In this document: piece after piece, positions 27,057 through 39,723 of the stretch | Numbering within the stretch: the first letter of the stretch is position 1 | Layout: each line of letters opens with the position of its first letter | Assembly (NCBI RefSeq): GCF_009834535.1 | Contig: NC_045696.1 | Coordinates: forward strand, 33,482,001-33,546,000 | Source of the DNA: Camelus ferus | Lineage: Eukaryota | Reading direction: 5' to 3' | Length of the DNA stretch: 64,000 nucleotides | Program-made: the position numbers and the translations under genes | Notes under the pieces: generated by a model | Database searches by the model: none | Told to the model about the DNA's origin: nothing | The model's input: the letters and a program-made list of their open reading frames with translations, nothing else

Positions 27057-27959
27057 TTATATTCTCCTCAAATGTGGAGTAAGAATGAGGTATAGACTAA
27101 GCAGTTAAGAATGACTGAGATGGGTGTTTATACAGTTATTTGAATTTCTTAAATTCTCAATCTAGTCATGCATGGTTTCACATAATAGTAATTAGAACAT
27201 CACTCAGCCATTTTTTAAAAAAATTATTATATAGAAAATCTATCGTTGAAAAAAATGCTATGGAGTTTTAATTTGGTCAATCAAATAATTATTTGCATAT
27301 TATCCCTGATCATTTTTGCTCCACATTTATTAGTCTTCAGGTTTCTGAAAGAAAAATATTACAGTATCTCATGTATGCATGTGAGCTTACTAATAATAAA
27401 CTCAAACAGGTCATGACGACTTTGAGTCTTATTTTTTGTATTTATAAAATAAAAATAGTAATACTTACATCAAAGGGTTACAGTGCAAATAAAAATGAGA
27501 CAGTGGAGTCATGCTTTGTAAATTATAAAACCCATAAAAGTACTAGGCTTTAGAAGTGCTTCTAAGAAGACAAAGTTCAGTTTTTCCCTCTTTACATCTC
27601 ACTTGGTATGCTCTTTAGTATGTTTCTGACTTTCCTGCTTTTGAAAACATGCATATACAAACAGGTTTTCAAAATACCCTCCATTTAATACCGTTGTGTT
27701 ACCGTTTCTCACCCTTACTCATCATCTGCTCTCTGCTTTCTCTTTTTACTCAGCTTATACCCAATTACTTTCCTGATATACACACAATGAGATAACTCAT
27801 TCCTCAGCTTCTACTTCAAGTGTAATGCATATGTTTTGTCTCTAAGATGGGTGTGATGCCTGACATTCAAACTAGATAGTAATTGCTAGATTCTTATTCC
27901 TGATCTCTCACATATTCATGGATTTGTTCAATAAATATCTGCTGAATAAGTGAATGAAT

Positions 27960-29450
27960 AAATGTTAGGTACTGTTAGACACTGGTCACCAGAAATGAAC
28001 GGCAAGTTTCCACTCTAAAACATCCTAAAAACTAATGAGGGAGACAAAGGAGTAAGCAAGCAGTTACATCCTGATGGTTCCTATGATATGAGGATGCAAA
28101 GGCAAATGAGAGCACACTGAACAGAGACTTGACCCAGATTGTGGTGGGGCACCAGGGGATGCACAAGGGACCAGTCCTCACCAAAATCCTGCAAGAGGAA
28201 GAGTTTGTTAAACATGGACTTGAAGGCAAGTAGAAATTTGTTACTTAACAGAGAGAGAAGGAGTTTTGTACAAAGAAAACAAATGGCTCCTAGAAAAGTA
28301 AGAAAAAGCCAAGAGAGTTTCTGTAAGAGATTCTAGATGGTTGGAGCACAGGGAGCAGGTTGGAAATCTGAACAGTGAGATCAGAGAGGAAGGCAGGGGC
28401 CAGGCAGGAAGAAGCTGATAGACAGTATAAGGACATTTACATATTACCCTTAAATGAATTTAAATGAAGAGAGACAAGACTTTTTATTTATAGAAAGATC
28501 ATTTTAGCTGCAAAGCATAGATACTGAATTGAAGGGAGTCACAACTAGAAATAAGAAGTAACAGGTTTTGGAATGAACCTGGCCAGAAATGACAAGGGCC
28601 TAAGGCAGTGGCAGTGAGATCGCTTGCAGCCGTGTTGGTGTCATGAGGGGTGAGGGAGGAGGAAAAGGCTCTTTTGTCTACGCCTGGATTGCTGGTAGTG
28701 CCATTCACAAAACTGGGAAGAGGTGAGTAAAAGGAGATTTTTGATAAATACACTGTATTAATTAGATTTGTCCTTTGATGGGTAGTGACAGAAAGCTCCA
28801 CACAATAGTGACTTAAATAAGACAGGAGCTTATCTCACATAAAGGTCCAATTATATATCCATGGCTGGCTAAATTCTTCACATGGTCAGACTAGAACTCC
28901 TTTGATTTTGTTGCTTTGTTTGCATGACCTCAGTCCCCCACTCCATCTCATAATCTAGTTTATTTTATCTAGCTCCAGGTCCAGCTATAAAATCTGCATT
29001 CTAGCTAGCTGGAAGGAAAAAAAAGTAAAGTAGAGTAAGGCTTGCATATGCTGGTTAAAGACATTTCTAGTAAATTGAACACAATTTCTTTTTCCATCCT
29101 ACTGTGGGGATCCAAGTTTACTTAGTTACTTAGTCACAAGGCCACAATTTCCTGCAAGTGGGACTGGGGAATGTGGACTTTATTCTTCTTGGTTACCTGT
29201 TCAGAAATATTCTGAATCCTTTACTATCGAGGAACAAGTGACAACTAGCTACCTTTGCTGGAGATAATAAGTTTACTGGAGTTTGACATCTCATGGAAGT
29301 CCAGCAGAAGATTTCCTGAAGGTGGTTAAACATGCAAGTTCGGAAGTCAGAAGAGAGATTTGGGTTAAAGATAATATAGCTGGTAGTTAAAGGGACAGGA
29401 GTTAAAGAATCACAAGGAAAAAGTGAAAGAGGGCTGTTGATAAAACTGGA
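27960..29450 (-). mobile_element. L2 fragment, interrupted by an MLT1 LTR
   Basis: Degenerate L2 phrases such as 'gagatcagagaggaaggcaggggccag' and 'ggtagtgccattcac'. Confidence 0.6.
28754..29262 (-). mobile_element. Old MaLR LTR (MLT1J/K-like)
   Basis: 'tgtattaattag..gtagtgacagaaa..atagtgacttaaataagacagga...cctgcaagtgggactgggga'. Confidence 0.65.
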
Positions 29451-29795
29451 GAATATCTTTTGACCAATTTCTTCAGAATTCTCTATTAATTTCAGGGTCT
29501 GTATTCTCTGCTGGTTCTCCTAGCTTAGATGCATTTTTCTGAAATCCTGTCTGGCTTGTTGAACGTGGTTGTTTCAGAACTTTCAACGCTTGACTCTCTA
29601 ATCTTCAATTACATTCATTCTGGTAGTGCGTATACTCAAGTGGGTTTTACTACCACCAATGTGCTAATGACTCTGATTTCTGTCCCTACTGCTATAATCC
29701 TCTCTTCAGAAGATAGGTAACATCTGCCGAAGATACTTCTATTCAGATCCCTCATCTGCATCTGAAAACTGACATGCCTTTTTTTCTGTTGGGCT

Positions 29796-29923
29796 TTTTT
29801 TAAAATTGAAGAATAGTCAGTTACAATGTGTCAATTTCTGGTGTACAGCCCAATGTCCCAGTCATGCATACATGTACATATATTCATTTTCATATTCTTT
29901 TTCATTAAAGGTTATTACAAGAC
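29796..29923 (-). mobile_element. Short young L1 3' end
   Basis: Reverse complement of the L1 tail seen at 7120-7240. Confidence 0.88.
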
Positions 29924-32848
29924 GCTAATACGACTTTTAAAAAATCTTCTTCATTTCTGTCTCAATATCTAGCATCATTCCCCAAAACTTCTTGCAGACC
30001 TATGAACAATTCTTCACTATCTTTGTCCTTCAGATAATTGTAATAATTTCTTAGATGTTATTGTTTCTGTCTTGACAAATAAATTGAAAATATTTCAGGA
30101 AAAATTATAACTTTCTTTCTAGCCTTTAGTGTGTTGAATATATAGCATATTATACACAATAAATACCGATGACTATAAAATAAAATTAAACAAACATGGA
30201 TCCTAGAAAGTGGCACAAAAAAGTAATATTTGGCAAATTTCCAGTTAAATCACTGGACTTTAGTAGTAGAAACAACATAAAAGACATCTCTCAGAAACTA
30301 GTTTTGTTTTTCAATAAATTGATGATACATTATGAATTTCCCTGGAAGCAGTCTCCATCCTATAGGAATTTTCTCATATAGGAAAAATGGTGCTCGGGAT
30401 TGCTGGCCAGAGGAAGTCCATTGCATTAATACCTCATCTTGGATTTGTATTCATACTGATTCATTTTGCATCAATAGGAAAAGAAGTCATTTTTCCTTAT
30501 TCCTTCTCTAAGCATGTACTAAGTATGTACAAGTCACTGCATAAGGGCCTAGGAAGAAACCTTAACTACAAAAACTCATCTAGTACTTCAGAAGTCTTCA
30601 GCCTGAATAAGAAAACAAGGCACATGAATACAGGCTAATCTTAGTTTGTGATGAGAGAAGTTCCCATCATGAGTAAGGTAATGACTTAATGGAAAGAGTC
30701 ATCTCTGTGGATTCGGAAAGACTACACCGAAAATGTGAAGCAGGACCTAAAGTCTGAAGATTCAGTCTGGGGATTGAGGAAAGGGTCTTCCGAGAGAGAC
30801 TAACATGATGGAAATGTGAGCATAATAAAGAAAACTAGCACGGGAAGGGTGACTAAACTAATGGAGAGTTATCATGCTTGCCATTCTGTGCATCAGTTTC
30901 TTACCAAAAATAGCAGTTTGTAAAGTTTTAGTACTTCCATCATTAAATCAATAGCAAGGTTTCTTTTAAAGAGGGTCAGTCCTTCAGTCTGTAAGATTTA
31001 TGGGGATTTTCAGGAATCATATATTAGCCTTTTACAAGTTTTCTTAAACATATACTCTAGGTGTGTGTATTAATATGCCACTGCATCACTTGGAATGGAT
31101 ATTAGTGGATAACACTCTAAATATGTTTTTCTTGCCTGATTATACAGCATCAAAAAAATGATGACACATCTGAAACATGGTGAGTGCACATCAAAAACAG
31201 TTAATTATTTAGGGAGGCCATGCAAAGTAATAAATACTCTTTAAATGGAAAAACTGAAGATATTGTCAGCCAAGTTTCATTAGTAGTTAATTCCACATGA
31301 CTCTGGCAAAATCAGCTACTCATGTGGAACTGCTATTAACTTTAGCAGGTGTTATGCATAACTAGCTGAGGGCAGATTCTAGTGCACTGAGTACAAGTAT
31401 AACTCTTAAATTGATAAGGCCCAGTGGAACTCCTTGCCATATTAGAAGGGATTTATCAAAATTAATTAGAAATTTTATAAAAGGGCTCCAGAGTCCAAGA
31501 GATTGTTTTCTTTTCCCCTAGTTCAAACTAAACCACATGGACATACAGGATTTTTTTCTAAAAATGCATAACTCATTTCTAAGCAGTAATGTATTTCTAT
31601 TCCTATTTGGCCAAAAAGTTCTCCAGAGCCAATCTCAGTAGAAATGTATTCAGTCCTTTTTAGCTTTTAAATGTTCCAGTATTTCAGAGGCAGTTGCTGT
31701 ATGAGTTCTTGTCCGATCTCGCCACCCGATGTTTTAGCTTTGTTCCTTGGAATTATTAGCATGTTTTGGTCAAACTTGAAAGCACGGTCAGTAGGTTTGG
31801 AGTTGAGTAGTTTTCTTTATTGTTTAGGTCCCATGTTTGTTCTGGAAAGACACTAAAAGTATTTGTTATAGCAGGAAGGTATATGGAAGAACAAAAGCAT
31901 AATAAAAAAATGTAAATGTTGTATGTTAACAAGGCATATATAATAGATCAGTTATTTGCTCTGTACTATAATTAAATCCATTCTCCTAGACAACTTGTGT
32001 TATAATTTTTCAAATGCTTTATCCTATTTTTTCTATTGCTAACAGTTAATGTATTGGATACCAATTAGTGTTAAGATACTTTTGATAGTTTGGGATCAAT
32101 AAAAGAAATATAATACATAATCCATGTTTTCTGAACATTTAAAGATAGGAAAATAAGACATCTGTGGATAACTTTTTTTTTGATATTTTTTATTATCAGT
32201 ACAGTGTGAGAGAAATCCTTCTACAGTTATAGAAGCTGTATGTATGAATGCAGATATACAAAGTCTTGATTTTATTTGCCCTAGCATAATTTGCCCTAGC
32301 ACAATTGATATCATTAATTTAAGAAAATCATGACTTATTTGCTATTTCATAAATTTTGTTCAATTTGCTATTATTCATCCAGGTTACATACTAGTGGAAT
32401 AATTTAAGGGCAGTTAAATCTGAGCTTTAAAATAGCAGATTAAATTGCACCTTTTAATATCTCAAGCATTTTTCCTAGTGCCTATACATTTAGTTTCCAA
32501 AAAATAATTGCAACCTAGTTTTTATTTGGCCATTTTCATTTATTGTGTAATATCTTTAGAACTGCTATGCTTTAACACTACCTTATTTTTCAGCTGAAGG
32601 GAAGGGTTGAGCTACTTTGTTAATGATTAAAAAAAAACTATGATTATTTTGCATTTTTAAAAAGTGCATACAAATCTTTTAATCTCTGCCTACACCCATC
32701 AGAACAATTGCTTTCCAATGTAATTATATTCAAAATGCAAGCGAGATAATAAGTATCTTGGAATTTAACTTGATAAATATTCATTTGCCTTATAGGGAAA
32801 AGAAATGAACATTCTCATGTAATTAGCTGCATATTTTTAAGCCATGCT

Positions 32849-32854
32849 TTTATT
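32849..32854 (-). terminator. Candidate polyadenylation signal AATAAA downstream of the 7TM-RGS stop
   Basis: TTTATT on the + strand ~300 nt after the stop codon. The hexamer is common in AT-rich DNA. Confidence 0.25.
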
Positions 32855-33153
32855 GAGTTTTCGAGGTATATTTTATGTATGCAAATCTGCTAATTTATAA
32901 GGTAAAGGAGGTAAGGAGGATGGGAAAACTGAGGAATCAGAAATATTCATTTCCAGTCTGCCCTCCTTTCTGGGGAATAGGCTTCCTAATTATAAGAGAG
33001 AAATCATTTCTTCCTTCCAACTCAGATCCTTTGTTTTAGTGAACCCAAGCCGGTCAGAGCCCTTAATTATAAAACTAGACTTTCTCAATCGCTACAGAAA
33101 ATCTTTGCCTTTTCTTTTTCTTCTTTGTTTTTCTAACTCTACAGGCAGGGAAT

Positions 33154-33295
33154 TCAGACGCTAGTAAGAGAAGGCTGCTCCAGCGTTGGGAGATGACACA
33201 GAAGGCACACAGCTTCTTTGTAGCTTTGACGTTCAAGCCGGCACCCCGAGATTCGTTCATAGGCCAAGTCGAACATTTCCTGATCCAGTACACGA
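33154..33295 (-). pseudogene. 7TM-RGS exon 10 (last RGS helices and C terminus)
   Basis: Acceptor atctatcttaacag, phase 2, open to TGA at 33156-33154: RVLDQEMFDLAYERISGCRLERQSYKEAVCLLCHLPTLEQPSLTSV*. FDLAYERI..LERQSY resembles RGS FDEAQ..I..LMEKDSY. Confidence 0.7.
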
Positions 33296-33363
33296 CTGTT
33301 AAGATAGATTTATTCTGTTTTTCAGTGGGGTGAAGACTTGGCATCTTTTAATTCATCCCTTAC

Positions 33364-33536
33364 ATTTTTTAAGCATCAGCAGTTTACAAATCACATGGGT
33401 GCCGACCATCAGAGCTGATCTCCCAAGCAGCCCTGTGGTATGTCTACCAGATGAGGATGATGAGCTGCTGGATGATGGGGCAACGGACCTGGCCTTCGAG
33501 TCCAGGGCTGTCCACTGTGTTTCCTCCCTGGCACGA
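33364..33536 (-). pseudogene. 7TM-RGS exon 9 (middle RGS helices)
   Basis: 173 nt from the CAG at 33539-33537 (an alternative AG lies 5 nt upstream), phase 0->2: SCQGGNTVDSPGLEGQVRCPIIQQLIILIW*TYHRAAWEISSDG... Stops at 33446-33444, 33386-33384 and 33371-33369. Donor AAT|gtaagg. Confidence 0.65.
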
Positions 33537-34380
33537 CTGCTCTGTGAGAACTGCTTTGACAAAAACTGCATCTCTACTTAATCAGTTTCTTAAGAAATTA
33601 TGAAAAAGTAGCTTCATGGGAAGGAAATGAATCATTTTCTTTCAGATTTCTGTATCTCCACCTTACATGACCTCTCTAATTGCCTCAGTTTACTGTCGTT
33701 TTGTATTTCACCAGTCCTCAGGATTTTATTTCGCTTTCACTCCGGAGTTAATGGTTTATGACATTTTTAGCACCACCAAAATTTGATCAGACGTTATCAT
33801 CAAAGATACATCGACAGATATGGTACCTGGCAGGCATTATGATTACAATCATGCCTAAATTATATTTCAAGAGATTGAATTAGTTCTTGATAAAATAAAC
33901 ATAAATGATCCATGCATATACTATTGATTGACTTCAGTTCTGAAATTATAATCTTAAGAGTGTGTCTCACAAGGATATTTTCTGAAGCTTTTCTTACTTG
34001 AAGAAACAGGATTCTGTTTCCAGGTAGCAGTATTACACCTGCAGAAACTTAAATACACTCCACCATGAGTGGATAGAAAGCCAGTCCCAGAGAGAAGATT
34101 CCACTCCCCTATTATAAAGTGTCTGATTTTAGAGGATTGCACTCTCAAACTCCAAGCTTAAGCTCAGAGATGGTTGGCTTTTACTTTTAATGAAAAAGTC
34201 CCTAGAAGGCTTGTTTGTAGTGGTGGTGAAAAACAGATTGGACTAAAAGTATTTTATTCCTGCCGAGCTGAGATCAGCACCTACATTACACTACCCATCT
34301 ATCCAGAAAATGATATGTCATACTCAGTTCTGCAACTTAATAACATTCCCCTACTTGCACCCCACTCCCACCCTCGGCAC

Positions 34381-34534
34381 CTGAGCAGGTTTCAAGCTCC
34401 TTTTATCAGATCCAGCAGTTCCCAAGCTTTTCTGAGACCCCTCGGAGCCGAACGAGCCTGAGAGGAGGAGCTGCCACTCCAGGTCGAGATAAATGGAAAT
34501 ATTTTCAGACCAGGCGTCCCAGTCCGAGTACATG
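34381..34534 (-). pseudogene. 7TM-RGS exon 8 (RGS EN motif and start of insert)
   Basis: 154 nt, phase 2->0, open: (S)MYSDWDAWSENISIYLDLEWQLLLSGSFGSEGSQKSLGTAGSDKRSLKPAQ. Strong acceptor cccttttgttcctttacag, weak donor CAG|gtgccg. ENISIYLDLE resembles RGS ENLEFWLACE. Confidence 0.68.
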
Positions 34535-35969
34535 CTGTAAAGGAACAAAAGGGCATGCAAACTGACAATCTTCAGGGTGGGAAAGAACACATTTTAAGGG
34601 TAAGATTTCATTTCTGCTGCGTCTTCATTTTGCTTCATTTTCCCTGACGTTTTCACACAGTCTGCAGTGACATCTGCTTGTTGCAGGGGTAACGCTGGTT
34701 TCTGAACTGATGGGTTAAATTGCACAAGGCAGGTGTGGCTTTCATCGGTTTCCTAGGAGCCTGGCTGGAGTCAGGTGATTGCTGTAGTGATTACTATCAT
34801 TACCATCATTATTTTATGTTAAACATCATCTCTCTCAAAAACTGCATGGAAAACACAAGACCAATGCCATTTAGACTGGACAGATGCAGGGGCTTTCATT
34901 TTTTACTTACATTTAAACCTTGCTTAAGCATTCATATTTCTCATATAGAACTTTTTGAATTATTTGTTTTGATGCTTTTAAAAAATATTCATTATGGAGA
35001 AATCTGACCAGCAGAAAAGCACCGAGGAAAAGAAAACCATTCCTAATCTCACCACCCAGAGATAGCCACAACAGTTTTTATTTTATTTCTGCCCTTTCAA
35101 AGCTTTTAAGCAAACTTAAAGAAATAGATTGGAAACTTCTGTATTATGCAGATCATTTAGTGTATTTGGTAAAGAGCAGGACTTTTTGAACATATTAAAT
35201 GGGATGCTAATTATAAGGATATCAGAAGGATTTCTTAATAAGGCATTTTACCTATAAAGCAATCCCCTTGCACTGATAACAATTCTCCTACTGCTTTGCA
35301 GTTTCATGAGCTATTTTACTCTATACAAGATAAAATACTCATCTTTCTTTTTCTTCTTTATGATAAGGCCACATAAGACTATACTGAATAATCCTTATAT
35401 CACTACATTAATAACATTCGAAAAGCCTTCAAAAAATCTCACCCCCTTGGCACCTGCCAGCAATTTCTATTTCTTTGCTTTGCTTTCCTCCCATAAAAAG
35501 GCAGTATCTTCTATGTGTGAAAGGAGGATCCTCTAAACGATATGAGAATCTCATGAACAAGATGCCCCGTCTATATTTGGTAGTGGAACTCTGTATGTTT
35601 ATAGGGAAATAAAATAATAATAATGACGATAACAAACAAAGCACACACACACACACACACAAAAACAACCCAGAAATCTCTAGGGGCTGCTGGAGGTAAG
35701 AGCCCCTGTGTGGTTCAGGTATCAGGCAGATCATCTCCTTGTGGCTTCTATAATATCCAGACTGAAGCTTCCAGTCCCAGTGCCCGCTATCAATTAAGCT
35801 GGGCAGACGGCAAAGACTGGCAACTTGGGGGCTCCTCTTTCAAAGGCTGTGGACCTAAGTGTGTCTGTCAGGAAGGGTCACCAGTCATCCCTAACACATC
35901 AGGCGCCCTATCCCTGACGGGAACTCTTTCTTCCTTTGCAGCTCTGTCTTTCTGGAGTACACCTTTGAG

Positions 35970-36283
35970 ATTCACATCTCTCACCTTCTACAGGTCCCTC
36001 TTCAAGTGTCACCTTCTCAGGAGGCTCCCCAGCACCCCGTCTAAAATTTCAGTCCCTTCTGCCATGTCACATCCTGTCAACCGTCTGTGTTCAATTTATC
36101 ACTGAAACCATTCCAATCTACACTACATTTAATTACGCCTCTTGTTTATTGTTTTCTTCAAGGAAAATCTCTGAGGGCAAAGATTGTTGTCTGTTTTGTT
36201 CAGTGCTACATGCTCAGCATTTAGAAACATATCTGACATACACAGCAGCCACACAATAAATAATTTTGGAATGACTGAATAAA
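35970..36283 (+). mobile_element. L2 3' end
   Basis: 'tcaagtgtcaccttctcaggaggc..ctctgagggca..gtctgttttgttca..aataaataattttggaatgactgaat'. Confidence 0.75.
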
Positions 36284-36769
36284 CAAATTGAATTTTATGC
36301 CTTACTCCTCTGATGCATACCTATAGTTGGTCTGGTGATATTGCCACAACAGGTGCTATATGTAACTTTTCCCCTTTTATTGTTGTTGTAAAATTGAGAG
36401 TAGCTAAAGAATTAGCAGTGAATGCCATTTGTCATAGCTCTTCTTCTAAGTCCCATAAAAAGTTCTGAAAGAGTGTCCGTATTTTGTTATTGCTTCTTAA
36501 AGACTAAGGCACATGTGTAGGTAATTATTCACTAACCCAGAATGACTAGTACTTTAAAGTAAGTTTCATGAGAATTCTAAGTATTCATCCTGAATATTCA
36601 TTGTGTATCCTCCTGTTCAAATATTCATTATTAACTTATCAGATATAAGAACTACTTTCTTCCTCCTAAAAATGAAATGTTAGTTGCCAATAGTTATTTA
36701 ATTCCATTAGCATCACATATATCTCTGGAATGAAAGGAACCAACTAACAATAATTATGGAATAAAAGTT

Positions 36770-37060
36770 AACTTGAATTGAGGGTTAAGGTATGTTAGTC
36801 ACTGTGCTAAACACTAGGTAGATAGATAGATAGATACATAGATAAATAGATACATAGATATAGACATAGACATATATCTCTACTCCCTTAATCCTTTATC
36901 ACAGAAGAGCACATTAGGTAATGCTATTATTATTCCCATTTTACAGCTGAAGAAACTGGACCTGAGAGAGATTAACTAACTTCTCCTAAATTACCAAACT
37001 GCAAAAGAAGCAGACTAATGATTTGAAATTCAAATGTCTAATTCTTTAAATTCACACTAG
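36770..37060 (-). mobile_element. MIR with internal (GATA)n at ~36819-36870
   Basis: 'tattattcccattttacagctgaagaaactgga'. Confidence 0.75.
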
Positions 37061-37407
37061 CTCACCAGAAACTATATTAAGTGATTAATATGCATTAGTT
37101 CATTTCATAGGATGTATGTATATTACAGATGCAACTGAGAATCTGGAGACATTTATTAATTTGCACACAATTATATAGGTGAGTCTGCTTTAGATCCGTG
37201 TTCTTTCCTTTGCACCAGACTAACTCTAAAAATGAGAGAAGGTTTCTAACCATCACTTCATTGTGGCCTGCCTGAAAACTAAGGGAGAAGAAATTCTCTT
37301 AACTGTGTTTCGCAATGCTCTCTGCCCCACCCCACCGGTGTTTCCCCCACTGTGTTGTGATGCAAATCTAGCACTAGCAAAACGTCAGCATGGAACATAA
37401 TCCCTGC

Positions 37408-37517
37408 CTTGCACAATTGCTGTGAAATATCAAAAGTGTGAGGATAGTGTCCCAGGACAAGTTCCTGGTTTCCCATCCATAAGAGTTGTGTCTGGAAGCC
37501 ACTGTCCTTTACCTAAC
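37408..37517 (-). pseudogene. 7TM-RGS exon 7 (linker and first RGS helices)
   Basis: 110 nt, phase 0->2. Strong acceptor tttcttttctctctgcag, GC-type donor AAG|gcaggg. Reads VR*RTVASRHNSYGWETRNLSWDTILTLLIFHSNCA with TAA at 37511-37509. SWDTIL resembles the RGS 'SFDSLL' motif. Confidence 0.62.
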
Positions 37518-39569
37518 CTGCAGAGAGAAAAGAAATACATTTTTCTGATCCGGATGCAATTGTCCTGTTCATCACATTTAGATTTGAATTGACTTTTTCA
37601 AGTGAAAATTGCACACTTTGGAGAACATAATCTTTAGAATCATGTATTATGAATGCTCAGCTGACCTCAGGTAGATGCTCAAAGCCTTGGTGAATTAGAA
37701 ATATTCCATGAAGTTAATGCAGCTCTGGGCAGCAGTAAATAATTCATGCTTTGTTTTAATAGTTCTCATTTTATCATGAATATTCATAGTGTATATGATG
37801 AGGAAAAAGAATCAGAGTTATTCCAACTCCTGGGAGAAGTAGATAACATGATTGTTAGAAAGATGAAGCAAAGTATTAATTCTCTAATTATTTAAAAGAA
37901 TTATATGGGTTTAAATTCTGGTGTAATCATCAATGCTGTAAACTAGAATATCTGTCATTGTCATCAACCAGTTGGGTGGACCTTAACTGTTATCAACTTC
38001 AATTTTTTAACCTAAGTGGAACACTAAATGTCCTAAATGTTACTTCAAAGCATTTTATCTAAGTCCTTAAAGTAATTTCCTGAAATAAAATGCGATGAGG
38101 ATACCATTTTTGACATTTGAGCTTTCTAAAATGTCACAGATAAGTAAATTTTTGTATTTATATATTTTTGTATACACACACAGCTAGTGTAAAAGTCCTT
38201 TTCTTATAAAGAGTTCACTAGTCACTACCACAACTGTGAATTTACTGAACAAAATAAAAATCTGGGTATTGTTTGATGAGCATTTAATAATAGGAAAGTT
38301 TTTGATTCATAGTTTTTAAACAGAAACTCATTGACTGTTTACTCTCTGCACAGTATTTTATAAAACAATAAGGAAGAACATATAAATGAATAAGAAATCC
38401 TATCTATCCTCCTAAAAGTGTATATTGATGTCTACTCATTTACTCAGTTGAGAAGATTATCCAGTAAAACCTGAAAGAAACATGGAAACGTGAAAACTGT
38501 AGATTTATTGCAGTCTAGGTCCAAGTAGCCAATTCAATATTGTCACAAAATCTATTTCTCTTTTCTTGCAGAGTCAAGAAGCTTGCTTTTTTGTCCCCTT
38601 TGACTTAAAAGCACCTCAAATTTTTGCCTCTCAGTTTGCTCTAGCCTCTTCAAAATCATAGGAGATGCTATCTCAGAAAAAAAATTTAAATGACATGGTG
38701 GCAGATTGGTCTCTAACTTATTATTATGGAAGAAACTCAAATGCTATCTTTTATTTTCAAGCAAAAACTCTTGCTAACTTTAACTTACTTTGATCCTTAT
38801 AAAATTTATTACAAAGCTCATGTTGCTACTGTTGTTTCTTTTGTTAGTCTTAAAACTAAAATGTTTGAAAAAATTAAAACACGTTGACCCCAATATAAGT
38901 TTCTTAGCTGTCATTATTATTGGCATTGTATAAATTATAAAAATATGCTCGAGATTCTAAATAAATGCTAACTAAAAGTACAATGAATGGTTAGATTTAA
39001 AGTAGGCAGGCCTTACATAAAATAGAACAAAACATGACTATGGTGAATTTTAGCCTCTTAAAGATATAATGCAGAAGGGTATAATTTTCTTTTGTCTAAG
39101 AGTAGAATTGCCAGGCAGAATTAAATCATTTGAGTTAGCAAGAGAATTCGGAATTCTCTAAAAGTGACAAATCACTGTATCAGGCAGTGCTTATGGAATG
39201 ACCTTTTGTACTGAGCACCTAAATATAGTATTCATGTTAAAAAGCATTCATCCAAAACTAATCTGAAAATCTATTCTGTGGCACACAAAATGTGCTCATT
39301 CTTCATGTTTCCCTTAGATTCTCACTTGGAGGAACTTATCTAAGCAACATTAAAATCAGGAAAGACTATTGAAAAAGCTGGATGCGAATAGATGGGACCC
39401 TTTTCATTTTTAGGTATGACCCTCCATTCTTCATTGTAGCTGTGTCCTAAAAACATTTCCCTATATACCAATTGCATGATGTTTTATTTTATTTTATTTT
39501 ATTTTAATTTTATGAATGTGTATAAAATATATATAACTACCATTCCAAAAATGTTTAACCTAAGTATTT

Positions 39570-39723
39570 AATTTAATTTATTTTTTGGAGAGGGAGATAA
39601 TTAGGTTTATTTATTTATTTATTTTTAATTATTATTATTTTTTTAATGGAGGCACTGGGGATTGAACCCAGGACCTGATGCATGCTAAGCACACACTCGA
39701 ACACTGAGCTATAACCTCCCCCA
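39570..39723 (-). mobile_element. tRNA-derived SINE (camelid-type)
   Basis: 'actggggattgaacccaggacct..tgcatgctaagcacacactc..cactgagctata'; perfect 14-bp TSD taacctaagtattt at 39556-39569 and 39724-39737. Confidence 0.92.

Noticed and set aside
33353..33581. ORF-track frames 33353-33571 (-, poly-Ser) and 33330-33581 (+, acidic DEDDELLDD)
   Set aside because: Most likely shifted-frame and antisense shadows of exon 9; the main RGS motifs lie in the third, stop-containing frame.
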